Assembly (NCBI GenBank): GCA_015523545.1
Contig: WAKB01000001.1
Location: forward strand, 66,159 to 130,158
DNA length: 64,000 bases
Reading direction: 5' to 3'
From: Candidatus Geothermarchaeota archaeon
GTDB taxonomy: Archaea > Thermoproteota > Nitrososphaeria > Geothermarchaeales > JDFR-13
Part shown: positions 1-8,737 of the stretch, piece after piece
How the letters are laid out: each line of letters opens with the position of its first letter
How positions within the stretch are numbered: the stretch's first letter is position 1
Program-made: the position numbers and the translations under genes
Notes under the pieces: generated by a model
Seen by the model: only the letters and a program-made list of their open reading frames with translations
What the model was told of the DNA's origin: nothing
Databases searched by the model: none

Positions 1-194
1 TTGTTCTCAGACTTAGGCTCCTTCCCCGCGAATAGTAGGCTGTAGGACTCCCCCCTCACCCCGTCATACCTGTTTATAATGTCTAGTAGGGCCTCGGGGG
101 TCGGCTCCTCAATAACTATCATCCTCCTATGGAACTCCCTAAGCGCGTTCCCAAATATCTCCTCAGGCCTATATACCTCGACCTCCCTCTTCAT
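1..194 (-). CDS. hypothetical protein, N-terminal part only (gene runs off the left edge of the window)
   Basis: Hand translation of the minus strand from the ATG at 194 gives MKREVEVYRPEEIFGNALREFHRRMIVIEEPTPEALLDIINRYDGVRGESYSLLFAGKEPKSEN..., and the frame is still open at position 1. It starts 32 nt downstream of the stop of the preceding minus-strand gene. No family recognised. Confidence 0.35.
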   Translation of the reverse strand, partial: MKREVEVYRPEEIFGNALREFHRRMIVIEEPTPEALLDIINRYDGVRGESYSLLFAGKEPKSEN

Positions 195-226
195 CTCCGC
201 CCAATATAGGATTATAGATATGTGTA

Positions 227-1369
227 TTAAGCCTCGGCAACCGCTATCCTCGTTATCAGCTTACCATGTAGGACCTGTAGATTCTCGAGGATCCTATATC
301 CCGACGCCTCCAACGCATCCCTTAGGAGGCGGTACTCACTCGTTATGGCTACGATCCTACGGATACCCAGGCTAGACAGCTCGTCAACCACATCCCTATA
401 TAGATCCTCCAAGACCTTACGACGGGTCATCCTGATCCCATAAGGCGGGTTGAAGACCGCTACACCACCCTCGAGGCTGGGTAGGTGGCTGGTCAGGTCA
501 CGGGCATCCACACACATAAACCTTATAGCCCTATCCACACCCGCCGACTCCGCGTTCCTCTCGGCGCCCGACATGTATCTACAGGAGATGTCGTTATAGA
601 TTATCTCTGGCCCCTCCTCAAACGGGAGCCTAGCGTTATAGGCCTCCTCACGGGCCTCTAGATAGGTCTCCAATGGGTAGTAGGGAATCCTAGTTATCAT
701 GTGGCTCGGCCTATAGAGGCCCGGGGCATATCTATACCTATATAGAGCCGCCTCAATAGGTATGGTCCCACCACCAGCCATAGGGTCTATAAGTGGCACG
801 TCCCAGAACCCGCTCAGCAGGACCATAGCGGCTGCCAGGCTCGTCTTTATAGCTGCTGGATGGTTCCACACCCTATACCCCCTTATGTGGAGGCTCTCAC
901 CCACCAAGTTTACCCCGAAGGTATACCTGTCATCGACTATGCGGAGGATATACTCCCTATCGGGGCTGGTCAGGTCTACACTAACCTTATACCCAGCCCT
1001 CTCCAAAGCCCTATAGACAGCGGCGCCCACCACCCTATTGGCGTCCAGGCTTGTGAAGCCGTGGCTCCCATACCTACTCGTCCTAAGGGCGAAGGAGCCA
1101 TCCCCACCGAAGAGCCTCAGGTCGAGGGACTCGACACGCCTAGCAATATCATCCAGACTATTGAACACACCATCGTCGAGTACATGTATCACCTTATAGA
1201 TAGTCCTTCCCCACAGGATCAGCCTAGTGACAGCCTCCACACCCAGCCTGACCCTAAGCGTATTCTCAGCCTGTATAGGCGTAACACCGGTGATATCCCT
1301 AACCTCCTCAGCAGCAACCCTCGCAATCCCCTTCGTAATCGTGATCAGTATATCAGCATCGCCCGCCAA
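227..1369 (-). CDS. THUMP-domain SAM-dependent RNA (guanine-N2) methyltransferase, Trm14/RlmL-like
   Basis: 380-aa ORF with an N-terminal THUMP-like region. SAM motif I is DPMAGGGTIPIEAA and catalytic motif IV is FNPPYG. Confidence 0.8.
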   Translation of the reverse strand: MAGDADILITITKGIARVAAEEVRDITGVTPIQAENTLRVRLGVEAVTRLILWGRTIYKVIHVLDDGVFNSLDDIARRVESLDLRLFGGDGSFALRTSRYGSHGFTSLDANRVVGAAVYRALERAGYKVSVDLTSPDREYILRIVDDRYTFGVNLVGESLHIRGYRVWNHPAAIKTSLAAAMVLLSGFWDVPLIDPMAGGGTIPIEAALYRYRYAPGLYRPSHMITRIPYYPLETYLEAREEAYNARLPFEEGPEIIYNDISCRYMSGAERNAESAGVDRAIRFMCVDARDLTSHLPSLEGGVAVFNPPYGIRMTRRKVLEDLYRDVVDELSSLGIRRIVAITSEYRLLRDALEASGYRILENLQVLHGKLITRIAVAEA

Positions 1370-1404
1370 TTTTATCCACCATCTCCTCTAGTTAATATTC
1401 GGAA

Positions 1405-2241
1405 ATGGAGCTGGATAGGATTTATAGCGAGGCTAATCAGGACCCCGTAGGTAGTCTTGAATGGGTCCTTGAGAAGTGGATAGATAATTCTAGGGGGCTC
1501 CAGGGTCGTAGGGGTGGGGTGGTCTACCTCGAGATTGATAGGTGTCTAGTCATAGGCGATATACATGGTGATCTAGATACGCTCCATAGACTCCTCTCCA
1601 AGGCCTGGAGGGGTGAGCCACTACTCTTCCTGGGCGACTATATAGATAGGGGGTTCCAGCAGCTGGAGACCCTTAAGTATATAGCCCTCCTCATGGATCA
1701 TGCCGAGGTGGTGACGCTCAGGGGTAACCACGAGCCGCCTAGATGGCTACCGGTATATCCCCACGACTTCCCCCATATCCTCAGGACACAGGGGGTGCAC
1801 CACCTCTACGACCATGCCCAGGAGATGTTCGACAGCCTACCCATAGCCGCTGTGCTCAATGGTGAGGCCCTAGCCATACACGGCGGGATACCGGTCAACA
1901 TATCAAGGGTGGAGGAGCTTGAGAGGCCTAGGAGAGAGGTCTTGGCAGAAGCATTGTGGAACGACCCCTTCGAGGGCGTTGGTATAAGGCCCAGCCCAAG
2001 GGGTGTGGGACACCTCTATGGGATCGACGTGACGAGGAGGTTCCTAGGCGCTAATGGGCTTAGATACCACCTCAGGGGGCATGAGGCTGTGGATGGATAC
2101 AAGGTATTCCATGAGGGGTTGGGGATAACCCTATTCTCAAGGCTAGGCATACCCTATGGAAACTCTAGGGCCGCTGTATACGTCTATGAGCCTGGCGGGA
2201 ACCACCTGGATCCAGGTAGGTTCATATACGTGTTCCGATGA
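1405..2241 (+). CDS. PPP-family serine/threonine protein phosphatase (metallophosphoesterase)
   Basis: Carries the canonical motifs GDIHGD, GDYIDRG and RGNHE in the expected order. 278 aa. Confidence 0.85.
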   Translation: MELDRIYSEANQDPVGSLEWVLEKWIDNSRGLQGRRGGVVYLEIDRCLVIGDIHGDLDTLHRLLSKAWRGEPLLFLGDYIDRGFQQLETLKYIALLMDHAEVVTLRGNHEPPRWLPVYPHDFPHILRTQGVHHLYDHAQEMFDSLPIAAVLNGEALAIHGGIPVNISRVEELERPRREVLAEALWNDPFEGVGIRPSPRGVGHLYGIDVTRRFLGANGLRYHLRGHEAVDGYKVFHEGLGITLFSRLGIPYGNSRAAVYVYEPGGNHLDPGRFIYVFR

Positions 2242-2799
2242 TCAGCACTGCGACAATTGTCTAGACGCCTCTTCCAGGAATACCCTGTAGATATCATCTG
2301 TATAGAGGACGAAGATAACCCTCTTCACACTGCCCGGGTCCCTGGAGAAGTCCTTCACAGCCCTTATCATCCCCCTGGCGGAGACCTCCGGCTCCACCCT
2401 ATAGACCCCTGTAGATATTGCTGGGAAGGCTATAGACTCGAGGCCCTCGGACTTCGCTAGGAGCAGGCTGTTCCTAACGGCTCGGTAGATCTTACTCTCC
2501 TCGTCACCCTCCCCCTTGATCGGGCCGACCGTATGTATCACCCACTTGGCCCTTAGCCTGCCAGCAGTGGTCTTGACGGCGTCACCCACCTCTAGGGGTC
2601 CACGCTCCCTGATAATCCTGTCCGACTCCTCCTGGATAACCTGTCCACCCCTCCTGACTATGGCTCCGGCCACACCCCCACCATGCTGTAGATACTTGTT
2701 AGCCGCGTTGACGATCGCGTCAGCCTCCACCTCTGTTATATCACCCTTCATAAACAGTATCTCGAGGCCTCCACACCTAAACCTCTCCATAACCAACAC
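2242..2799 (-). CDS. macro domain protein (ADP-ribose binding / O-acetyl-ADP-ribose deacetylase-like)
   Basis: Contains GDITEVEADAIVNAANKYLQHGGGVAGAI and FPAISTGVY, both typical of AF1521-type macro domains. The true start may be Met4 (2790). Confidence 0.88.
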   Translation of the reverse strand: MLVMERFRCGGLEILFMKGDITEVEADAIVNAANKYLQHGGGVAGAIVRRGGQVIQEESDRIIRERGPLEVGDAVKTTAGRLRAKWVIHTVGPIKGEGDEESKIYRAVRNSLLLAKSEGLESIAFPAISTGVYRVEPEVSARGMIRAVKDFSRDPGSVKRVIFVLYTDDIYRVFLEEASRQLSQC

Positions 2800-2864
2800 C
2801 CCAGCGACAGTAATACCATCCCCTTAAATCCGTTAAAATGGGATTCAATGGTGGTGCCTAGGGG

Positions 2865-4469
2865 ATGAAGGTATACGAGGCCGTCGCCGATGCATTGGTC
2901 AGCCTCGGATATAGGAGGGCCTATACCATACCAGGGACACACATATACCATTTGAACCACGCCCTGGGAGACAAGGTTCAGCAGACGGTTTTCAGGCATG
3001 AGATGGGTGCAACCTTCGCGGCAGATGCCTATGGAAGATTAACTGGCACTCCAGGCCTAGCCATAGTGACGGCTGGCCCCGGCATACTAAACGGGTTATC
3101 AGGGCTTGGACAGGCATATGCAGAGGCATCACCACTCCTCTACATAACCGGCGAGGTAGCCAGGGGTGAGAGGTACGGATTCCACGGGGTGGACGACCCA
3201 TTAGCAGTCACCTACTCCTCCATACCAGTGGCTAAGCGCGTATACCTTGTCGAGGATCCAGGCAGCATATGGAGCGTGATGGGTGAGGCCCACTACACAG
3301 CGCTTTCCGGCAGGAGGGGGCCTGTCCATGTATCCATCCCCTACGACGTACTGCAGAGCGAGGCTGGTGAGGGGAGGCTGGAGCAGAGGGAGACGGATGG
3401 TGTAGCTAGATGTGTAGATGTTATCAATGAGGGGCTAGGAGACGGTGTGAGGGGCGTCTTGATAATAGGTATGGAGCTATACCCCGAGCTCGCCGTGCAG
3501 TTGTTAGACCTCTTCGTGGACTGGCCATACATAGCCACAGTGGGGCAGATAGGGATGGGAGGGCTCAGGAGAGATAGATATGCGGGCCACATAGAGAAGA
3601 AGTTCCAGGTACACCCAGTAGCAGAACGAGTCCTGAGGGAGGCGGAATATATACTAGCCATAGGCATCCCGCCAGACTCACCAGAGGCGGAGCAGATATC
3701 ATTACTGAATGGAGACGCCAGGATAGACTATCTAAGGCCGGGCGAGTCCGGCTGCATGGTGGAGAAGATAGGTGGGGGCTACCACGTACTGGCACCCCTG
3801 AGAGAGGCTGTAGACCTGCTCAGCCCTGGCAGGAACGGTTTAGACCTAGACATAAGGGGGTTGATGGAGAAGCGTCTCGAGTGGGCGAGGGAGACGGTCT
3901 ACTCGGAGAAGGACAGCATGATACACCAGGGAGTGGCCGCCCACATGATATCCCAGCTAGAGATAGACGGCTACACAGTCACCTGTGACACCGGGGGTAA
4001 CGAGCAGTGGATAAGGGAGTTCATACCACCCATCCGCGACGTCAGATATCTATACTCGGGGAGCTTCGGATCAATAGGGTATAGCCTACCAGCATCTATA
4101 GGTGCCTACGACGACTGGCCAGAGGTACTTGCCGTCACCGGGGACGGGAGCCTGATGATGAGCCTAGGCGAGTTGAAGACTGTGGTGGAGCATAGCTATA
4201 ATGTGAAGATAGCCGTCTTCAACGACTCTACCTATGGGATACTAGAGATGCTCAGTAGGAGCGATATAGGGGAGGAGATCGAGGGAGGTATAGGGAGCGT
4301 CGACTTCGCCAAGGTTGCGGAGGCGCTGGGTATGGAGGCCATGGCTGTAGACACATATGAAGATCTTGAGGAGGGGCTTGAAGAGCTCATGTATAGTACT
4401 GGGCCATTCCTCCTAGACATCAGGTGTAGCCCAGAGGAGATCCCTACACTCCTGAGGAAGAATAGTTAA
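2865..4469 (+). CDS. thiamine-pyrophosphate-dependent enzyme (acetolactate synthase large subunit / benzoylformate decarboxylase family)
   Basis: 534 aa with the TPP-binding motif GDGSLMMSLGELKTVVEHSYNVKIAVFND and an N-terminal Pyr domain (GPGILNGLSGLGQAY). No small-subunit gene is adjacent, so the exact activity is unclear. Confidence 0.78.
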   Translation: MKVYEAVADALVSLGYRRAYTIPGTHIYHLNHALGDKVQQTVFRHEMGATFAADAYGRLTGTPGLAIVTAGPGILNGLSGLGQAYAEASPLLYITGEVARGERYGFHGVDDPLAVTYSSIPVAKRVYLVEDPGSIWSVMGEAHYTALSGRRGPVHVSIPYDVLQSEAGEGRLEQRETDGVARCVDVINEGLGDGVRGVLIIGMELYPELAVQLLDLFVDWPYIATVGQIGMGGLRRDRYAGHIEKKFQVHPVAERVLREAEYILAIGIPPDSPEAEQISLLNGDARIDYLRPGESGCMVEKIGGGYHVLAPLREAVDLLSPGRNGLDLDIRGLMEKRLEWARETVYSEKDSMIHQGVAAHMISQLEIDGYTVTCDTGGNEQWIREFIPPIRDVRYLYSGSFGSIGYSLPASIGAYDDWPEVLAVTGDGSLMMSLGELKTVVEHSYNVKIAVFNDSTYGILEMLSRSDIGEEIEGGIGSVDFAKVAEALGMEAMAVDTYEDLEEGLEELMYSTGPFLLDIRCSPEEIPTLLRKNS

Positions 4470-4489
4470 AAAGGGGGAAGGGGTTTAGA

Positions 4490-7400
4490 CTAGTCCTCAA
4501 GCCTAGTCCCACAGCTCATACAGAACTTGGCTGTAGGCCTATTCACATGGCCACAGCTGGGGCAGACCTTGCCAGCCCTCTCCATGCGTCTAGTCATACT
4601 TCTCCTCGGGATCTGTGGCCTGGGAAGGCCTCCCATTCCACGTCTATAGATGAGGAACCCGGCTATGGCGATTCCTAGTACCACTACTACGGTGACGCCT
4701 AGAGAGGCGGGTGTAAACATGACGCCCATCTCTAGACTGGTAGAGCCCCTAGCCAGCGTAGCGGTGCTAGTAGTAACGAAACCGGTCTCCAGGACTAGAT
4801 CCCTATCCGGCAATAGGAGTGTAAATCGGCCTGAGCCGTCTGTCTGGGCTGTGGCCACCACCTCGCCTGTAGATGGGTCCACCGCCCTCACCTCAGTCGA
4901 GGCCAACGGTAGGCCTAGGAAGTCCCTTACAGTCCCAGTGACCCTCTTCACCTCTGTAGATATGGTCACCGTAGAGTCTGATCCTAGGCCTACCTCCTGG
5001 CTACCCACTAAATAGCCTAGGTAACTAATCTCGACTCTATAGCCTCCTGCAGGCAGATTATTGAAGACGACCTCTCCACCAGCCTCCCCAGATATTACGC
5101 TCCCGTTGGGGTGATAAACCTTATAGCTGAAGCGCTCGAGGGCTTCTCCATCCATCGTCTCTGGCCTGATGACTAGGTCGTATATAGCCAGCTGGATAGT
5201 CTTCTCCCCAGGCGAAGACTCTGCTGAGTATGTGGTTGGGAGTAGGACCCCCTGATACATGATGTTCGTTATCGATATCGTACCCTTGGGTAGGAGTAGC
5301 TGTGGATTATCTACTGGGACCTCCCTACCCTGTATCGATAGGGTGAAGGAGACCTTCCCGAAGGCTATCTCCTCCCCATCGGCATCGACGAATCTGAGGC
5401 TGACGCTGTATACAGCCGCCTTGATCGAGAAGGACTGATCCCCACCCGTGAACTGGATCGTCCTCTCACTTGAGAGGACGTCGAAGCCCCTCCAACTTAG
5501 GCTCTCAAGGGTATAGGTACCCGTGACGGCGTACTCCAGGACGAGGCTACCCGTAACCGTATACCTCTTACCACCCGGACCGATCAAGACTGCCTCCACA
5601 TCATCTAGGACTATTGATCCAGAGGAGTCGGATACGCTTATGCCCAGCCTACCTACTGGGAGCTCAACCTGGACATCCCTATTCCCATCGAGCTGTACAT
5701 CGATGCCTAGGCCATACTCCACGCCGTCGATATAGACAGCCTCTACACGCCAGAGCCCCTTCACCGCCTGATCAACAGTCAGTCCACCGGTAAAGGTTAT
5801 GGTAGACCCGTTGGGGTGTCTAAGCACGAGCCTGAAGTCGAGGCCTGAGCCGGATAGATCCCTTCCAAGGGTGTCCCTAGCGTCGAGCCTGAGCCTATAT
5901 ACAGCGAGGCCCACCTCCATGGAGACGTCCCCATCCACCTGTATCGACACAGGGGCTGGCAAGACGTTCACACCCTCCATGTAGACACCGACTAGCCTAT
6001 GAGTACCCTTCGGCATCTGATAGGCTGATCCCCTAGCCTCTAGACTAATCACCCTACCCGCCACGTCCAGCTCTAGCCTAAGGGCCCTCTGTATAACCCC
6101 TCCATTAGCGTCTCTGAAGGAGAGGCTTAGATGGTATACCTCGAGATTAACGACCACCTCTCCGGGGCCCTCAACGTTGAACGTGTTGTCACTAGGCGTC
6201 ACGTCTACACCTAGGTATACCACCCTCTCAACAGTGATCCTTCCTGGGACTAGGGCTACACCATCGGGTGAGTAGTTCAGGCTACCCAGCCTCTCATGCC
6301 TGATACTGACCTCCTCCGGAGGCGTAGCCAGTGGCTCACCATCCCTATCCCTGAATACTAGGGTTATCCGGAAGACACTCGTCTCAATGGTCCTCGTGCC
6401 GCTACTAGTCTCCCTGATGCTGGTGTTCGCCACCTCTACACCAGACCACATAACCCTGATCCTATAGTCTCCCCATGGTGCACGGTCAACCGTTATCCTA
6501 CCAGCCTCATCAGTCCTGAACATCCTCACTGTGCCGTTTGGATAGGTCACCTCCACATCTACATTGGGCAGTGGCTGTCCCGTCTGGTCAACAACCGTGT
6601 AGCTCAGGCTCAATAGGTAATCCTCAACATTGAAGGTTGCATTACCCATATTCTTATATGCGTTGATTGCATTAGCCAACGCGTTCTCATAGTTCCCTGC
6701 ACCAGACCTGATTATGTTGATGGCGTTGGTGAGGCTCTGGTTATACTGGCCAATCTGGCTCCACACATCGTCGGGTATAATGGTGAAGCCATACCGCTTG
6801 AAAGGCTCAAGAGCCGTGTCAAGCTTACCATAGGCCTTGTCGATATAGTATAGTGCGTAGAGCATGCTGGCCTGCTCGATTTGGAAGACATCGTTCCTAC
6901 CCCAGCTGTGGAGATACGTCATGTAGCCCCAAGTCATACTCCATAGCCAGAAGACGTCAAGAGCCCTACTCGGGTTACGTGTAGCCATCAACTCCCGCCA
7001 ACTAATCCCGTTGTGGGGATGGTTAAGTGAGAGGATGTGCCCCGCCTCGTGGACCAGTAGAGGGGTTAGGCCTAGCCATGGAGGGACCTTGCTAAGTATC
7101 GTTATGTTCACATAAGTGTCGAACCATTCATTGTTCTGGACAAGGACGACATAGGTATCCCCTATGCCACGGGGCTGGACACGGGCATTCACCACCCCGT
7201 TGAAGGTCTGCCGATATATGGGTGTGGGGCTACCACCGTCCAGGAACTCCCTATACCCGGCTCCGTCTAGAACAATAATATCCACCTCTCCGAATGTGAA
7301 GCCCTGTATAATGACCTCGCCACCCGTGACCCTAGGGAATACGGGCACCTGCTGAGCCGCTATCTGGAATGCTGGTAGATAACCTATCACCGGCTCAGTA

Positions 7401-8731
7401 GCGATATGCCCACCTACAAGTGCAGGTGTCTGTAGAACCGCTATGATATGGGAAGGGATGGTATTCTCATCTGTAAGAGCTATGCCACCCGCATATGCAA
7501 TCCTAACATCTAGGAAGATGAACATGGGGATCTCATAGACTGGATCGGGATCCCTGAACCTATCAATATTTTCCATGATCCAGTTATGTACAACATCGAG
7601 CGGGGCTCCCTGGCCGAAGTACATGTTATACAATATCTCATCCCTCAGGTCGGGGAAGTCGTCCAGGGTATATAGCCCCCTATCAACATAGGATATGTTC
7701 AGAGCGTCTCCGAAGAGGTTCCTAATCTCTGATATAAATACCTCGGGTGTGAAGAAGTTCCTTGGGTCTAGCTGCGTACTGTTGACTATGTAGTATGCCT
7801 CGAAGGATAAGCTCAGGGCGGGTATCGGTGGATATACAGCTGTATGTACAAATTTGAAGATGACGGCCGAGTCTATAACCCTGGCCAGTTGCTGGTTAAG
7901 AAGCTGTTTATCACCAGGGAGGCGTAGAAACCTCATCGGCCTGATCTCTACCGAGACGTTGTTGAAGGAGGTTGGACCGGCGCTCATGTCGAAGAAGATT
8001 AGTCTTGTCGAACCTCCCCCAGCCACCGACTGCATGGAGTCCTTCCTTAGATAGACGTTCCACCCCTGATCAGGGTCTGGGAGCGTTATGTTGTAGAAGT
8101 ATAGGTATGAGATGTCGGGATAGGTGTTTATGATGACAAGGGTATACTTTCCCTCGGTCTCGGGGAACTCCTGCCTAACCCTGTTGACCAGCCACTCCTC
8201 GAACTCCATGGCGTTGATATAGGCGGCGTCCCTCTCACCAGTCTCGAGCTGAGCCCTGAATGGGGCCTCTCCCCAGACCCTGTTGTTATTAATGTAGCTG
8301 ACGATATCGCTCTTCAGCTGGTTGGATGCGTATAGGAACCGGTAGTTCAGGGTGAAGTTAATATAGATATAAGCTTCACCCTTCTCAAGGATTCTCTGTA
8401 GATCGGCCCTGGCATACCACTTATGGACATTCGAAAGTATATAGTCCTCATCGACAAGGTCTTGACCAAGGCCTACAAAGACAACATAGATGTCCAGTGG
8501 CACCCCGTTAAACAAGTCCCGTAGAGTACCCGAGACCCACTCCAGCTTCCTGAGGCTTGTAGCCATCTCATCGCCCTGGGCAACCAGGTCTAGGAAGCTA
8601 TTGGCAGCATACTCAGAACCTGTGCCCCCCACATATCCAGACGAGTCTATAGATGGCGGTATCGGAACGAGAAGAAGAATGAGGAGGGTAAAAAGTAGTG
8701 GGAGTGGGGATCTCCTAGGCCCGACACCCAA
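4490..8731 (-). CDS. giant membrane-anchored surface protein: signal peptide, about 700-aa N-terminal domain with a zincin motif, 8 tandem beta-sandwich repeats, one TM helix, cytoplasmic C-terminal zinc ribbon
   Basis: 1413-aa ORF. It has a hydrophobic N-terminus (PLPLLFTLLILLLVPIPP) and the motif VHEAGHILSLNHPHNG (HExxHxxxxxH). The repeats are about 75-90 aa and resemble CarboxypepD_reg/PEGA domains. The TM helix is LGVTVVVVLGIAIAGFLIY and the tail is CPSCGHVNRPTAKFCMSCGTRLED. Confidence 0.85.
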   Translation of the reverse strand: MGVGPRRSPLPLLFTLLILLLVPIPPSIDSSGYVGGTGSEYAANSFLDLVAQGDEMATSLRKLEWVSGTLRDLFNGVPLDIYVVFVGLGQDLVDEDYILSNVHKWYARADLQRILEKGEAYIYINFTLNYRFLYASNQLKSDIVSYINNNRVWGEAPFRAQLETGERDAAYINAMEFEEWLVNRVRQEFPETEGKYTLVIINTYPDISYLYFYNITLPDPDQGWNVYLRKDSMQSVAGGGSTRLIFFDMSAGPTSFNNVSVEIRPMRFLRLPGDKQLLNQQLARVIDSAVIFKFVHTAVYPPIPALSLSFEAYYIVNSTQLDPRNFFTPEVFISEIRNLFGDALNISYVDRGLYTLDDFPDLRDEILYNMYFGQGAPLDVVHNWIMENIDRFRDPDPVYEIPMFIFLDVRIAYAGGIALTDENTIPSHIIAVLQTPALVGGHIATEPVIGYLPAFQIAAQQVPVFPRVTGGEVIIQGFTFGEVDIIVLDGAGYREFLDGGSPTPIYRQTFNGVVNARVQPRGIGDTYVVLVQNNEWFDTYVNITILSKVPPWLGLTPLLVHEAGHILSLNHPHNGISWRELMATRNPSRALDVFWLWSMTWGYMTYLHSWGRNDVFQIEQASMLYALYYIDKAYGKLDTALEPFKRYGFTIIPDDVWSQIGQYNQSLTNAINIIRSGAGNYENALANAINAYKNMGNATFNVEDYLLSLSYTVVDQTGQPLPNVDVEVTYPNGTVRMFRTDEAGRITVDRAPWGDYRIRVMWSGVEVANTSIRETSSGTRTIETSVFRITLVFRDRDGEPLATPPEEVSIRHERLGSLNYSPDGVALVPGRITVERVVYLGVDVTPSDNTFNVEGPGEVVVNLEVYHLSLSFRDANGGVIQRALRLELDVAGRVISLEARGSAYQMPKGTHRLVGVYMEGVNVLPAPVSIQVDGDVSMEVGLAVYRLRLDARDTLGRDLSGSGLDFRLVLRHPNGSTITFTGGLTVDQAVKGLWRVEAVYIDGVEYGLGIDVQLDGNRDVQVELPVGRLGISVSDSSGSIVLDDVEAVLIGPGGKRYTVTGSLVLEYAVTGTYTLESLSWRGFDVLSSERTIQFTGGDQSFSIKAAVYSVSLRFVDADGEEIAFGKVSFTLSIQGREVPVDNPQLLLPKGTISITNIMYQGVLLPTTYSAESSPGEKTIQLAIYDLVIRPETMDGEALERFSYKVYHPNGSVISGEAGGEVVFNNLPAGGYRVEISYLGYLVGSQEVGLGSDSTVTISTEVKRVTGTVRDFLGLPLASTEVRAVDPSTGEVVATAQTDGSGRFTLLLPDRDLVLETGFVTTSTATLARGSTSLEMGVMFTPASLGVTVVVVLGIAIAGFLIYRRGMGGLPRPQIPRRSMTRRMERAGKVCPSCGHVNRPTAKFCMSCGTRLED
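4493..4564 (-). other. C-terminal zinc-ribbon module of the giant protein
   Basis: CPSCGHVNRPTAKFCMSCGTRLED lies directly after a TM helix and an Arg/Pro-rich linker. Confidence 0.8.
4714..6619 (-). repeat. 8 tandem, diverged protein-level repeats (about 75-90 aa each) in the giant ORF
   Basis: Successive units begin YTVVDQTGQPL, RITLVFRDRDGEPL, HLSLSFRDANGGVI, RLRLDARDTLGRDL, RLGISVSDSSGSIV, SVSLRFVDADGEEI, DLVIRPETMDGEAL and RVTGTVRDFLGLPL. Each ends in a hydrophobic x-V/I-Y-type strand. Boundaries are approximate. Confidence 0.65.
7019..7051 (-). other. codons for the HEAGHILSLNH zincin/metzincin-like metal-binding motif within the giant ORF
   Basis: The reverse complement of 7019-7051 reads cac gag gcg ggg cac atc ctc tca ctt aac cat, which fits the pattern HExxHxxxxxH. 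Confidence 0.6.
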
Positions 8732-8737
8732 CCCGGG

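Noticed and set aside
860-1450. 196-aa plus-strand ORF, plus similar long antisense ORFs at 4650-5015, 15260-15775, 17405-17878, 24456-24983, 37415-37897, 41249-41740, 42543-42926 and 54664-55179
   Set aside because: Each is embedded antisense in a gene with clear family motifs. The translations are rich in Pro, Ser, Arg and Leu with no recognisable domains. This is a common artefact of the codon bias of this genome.
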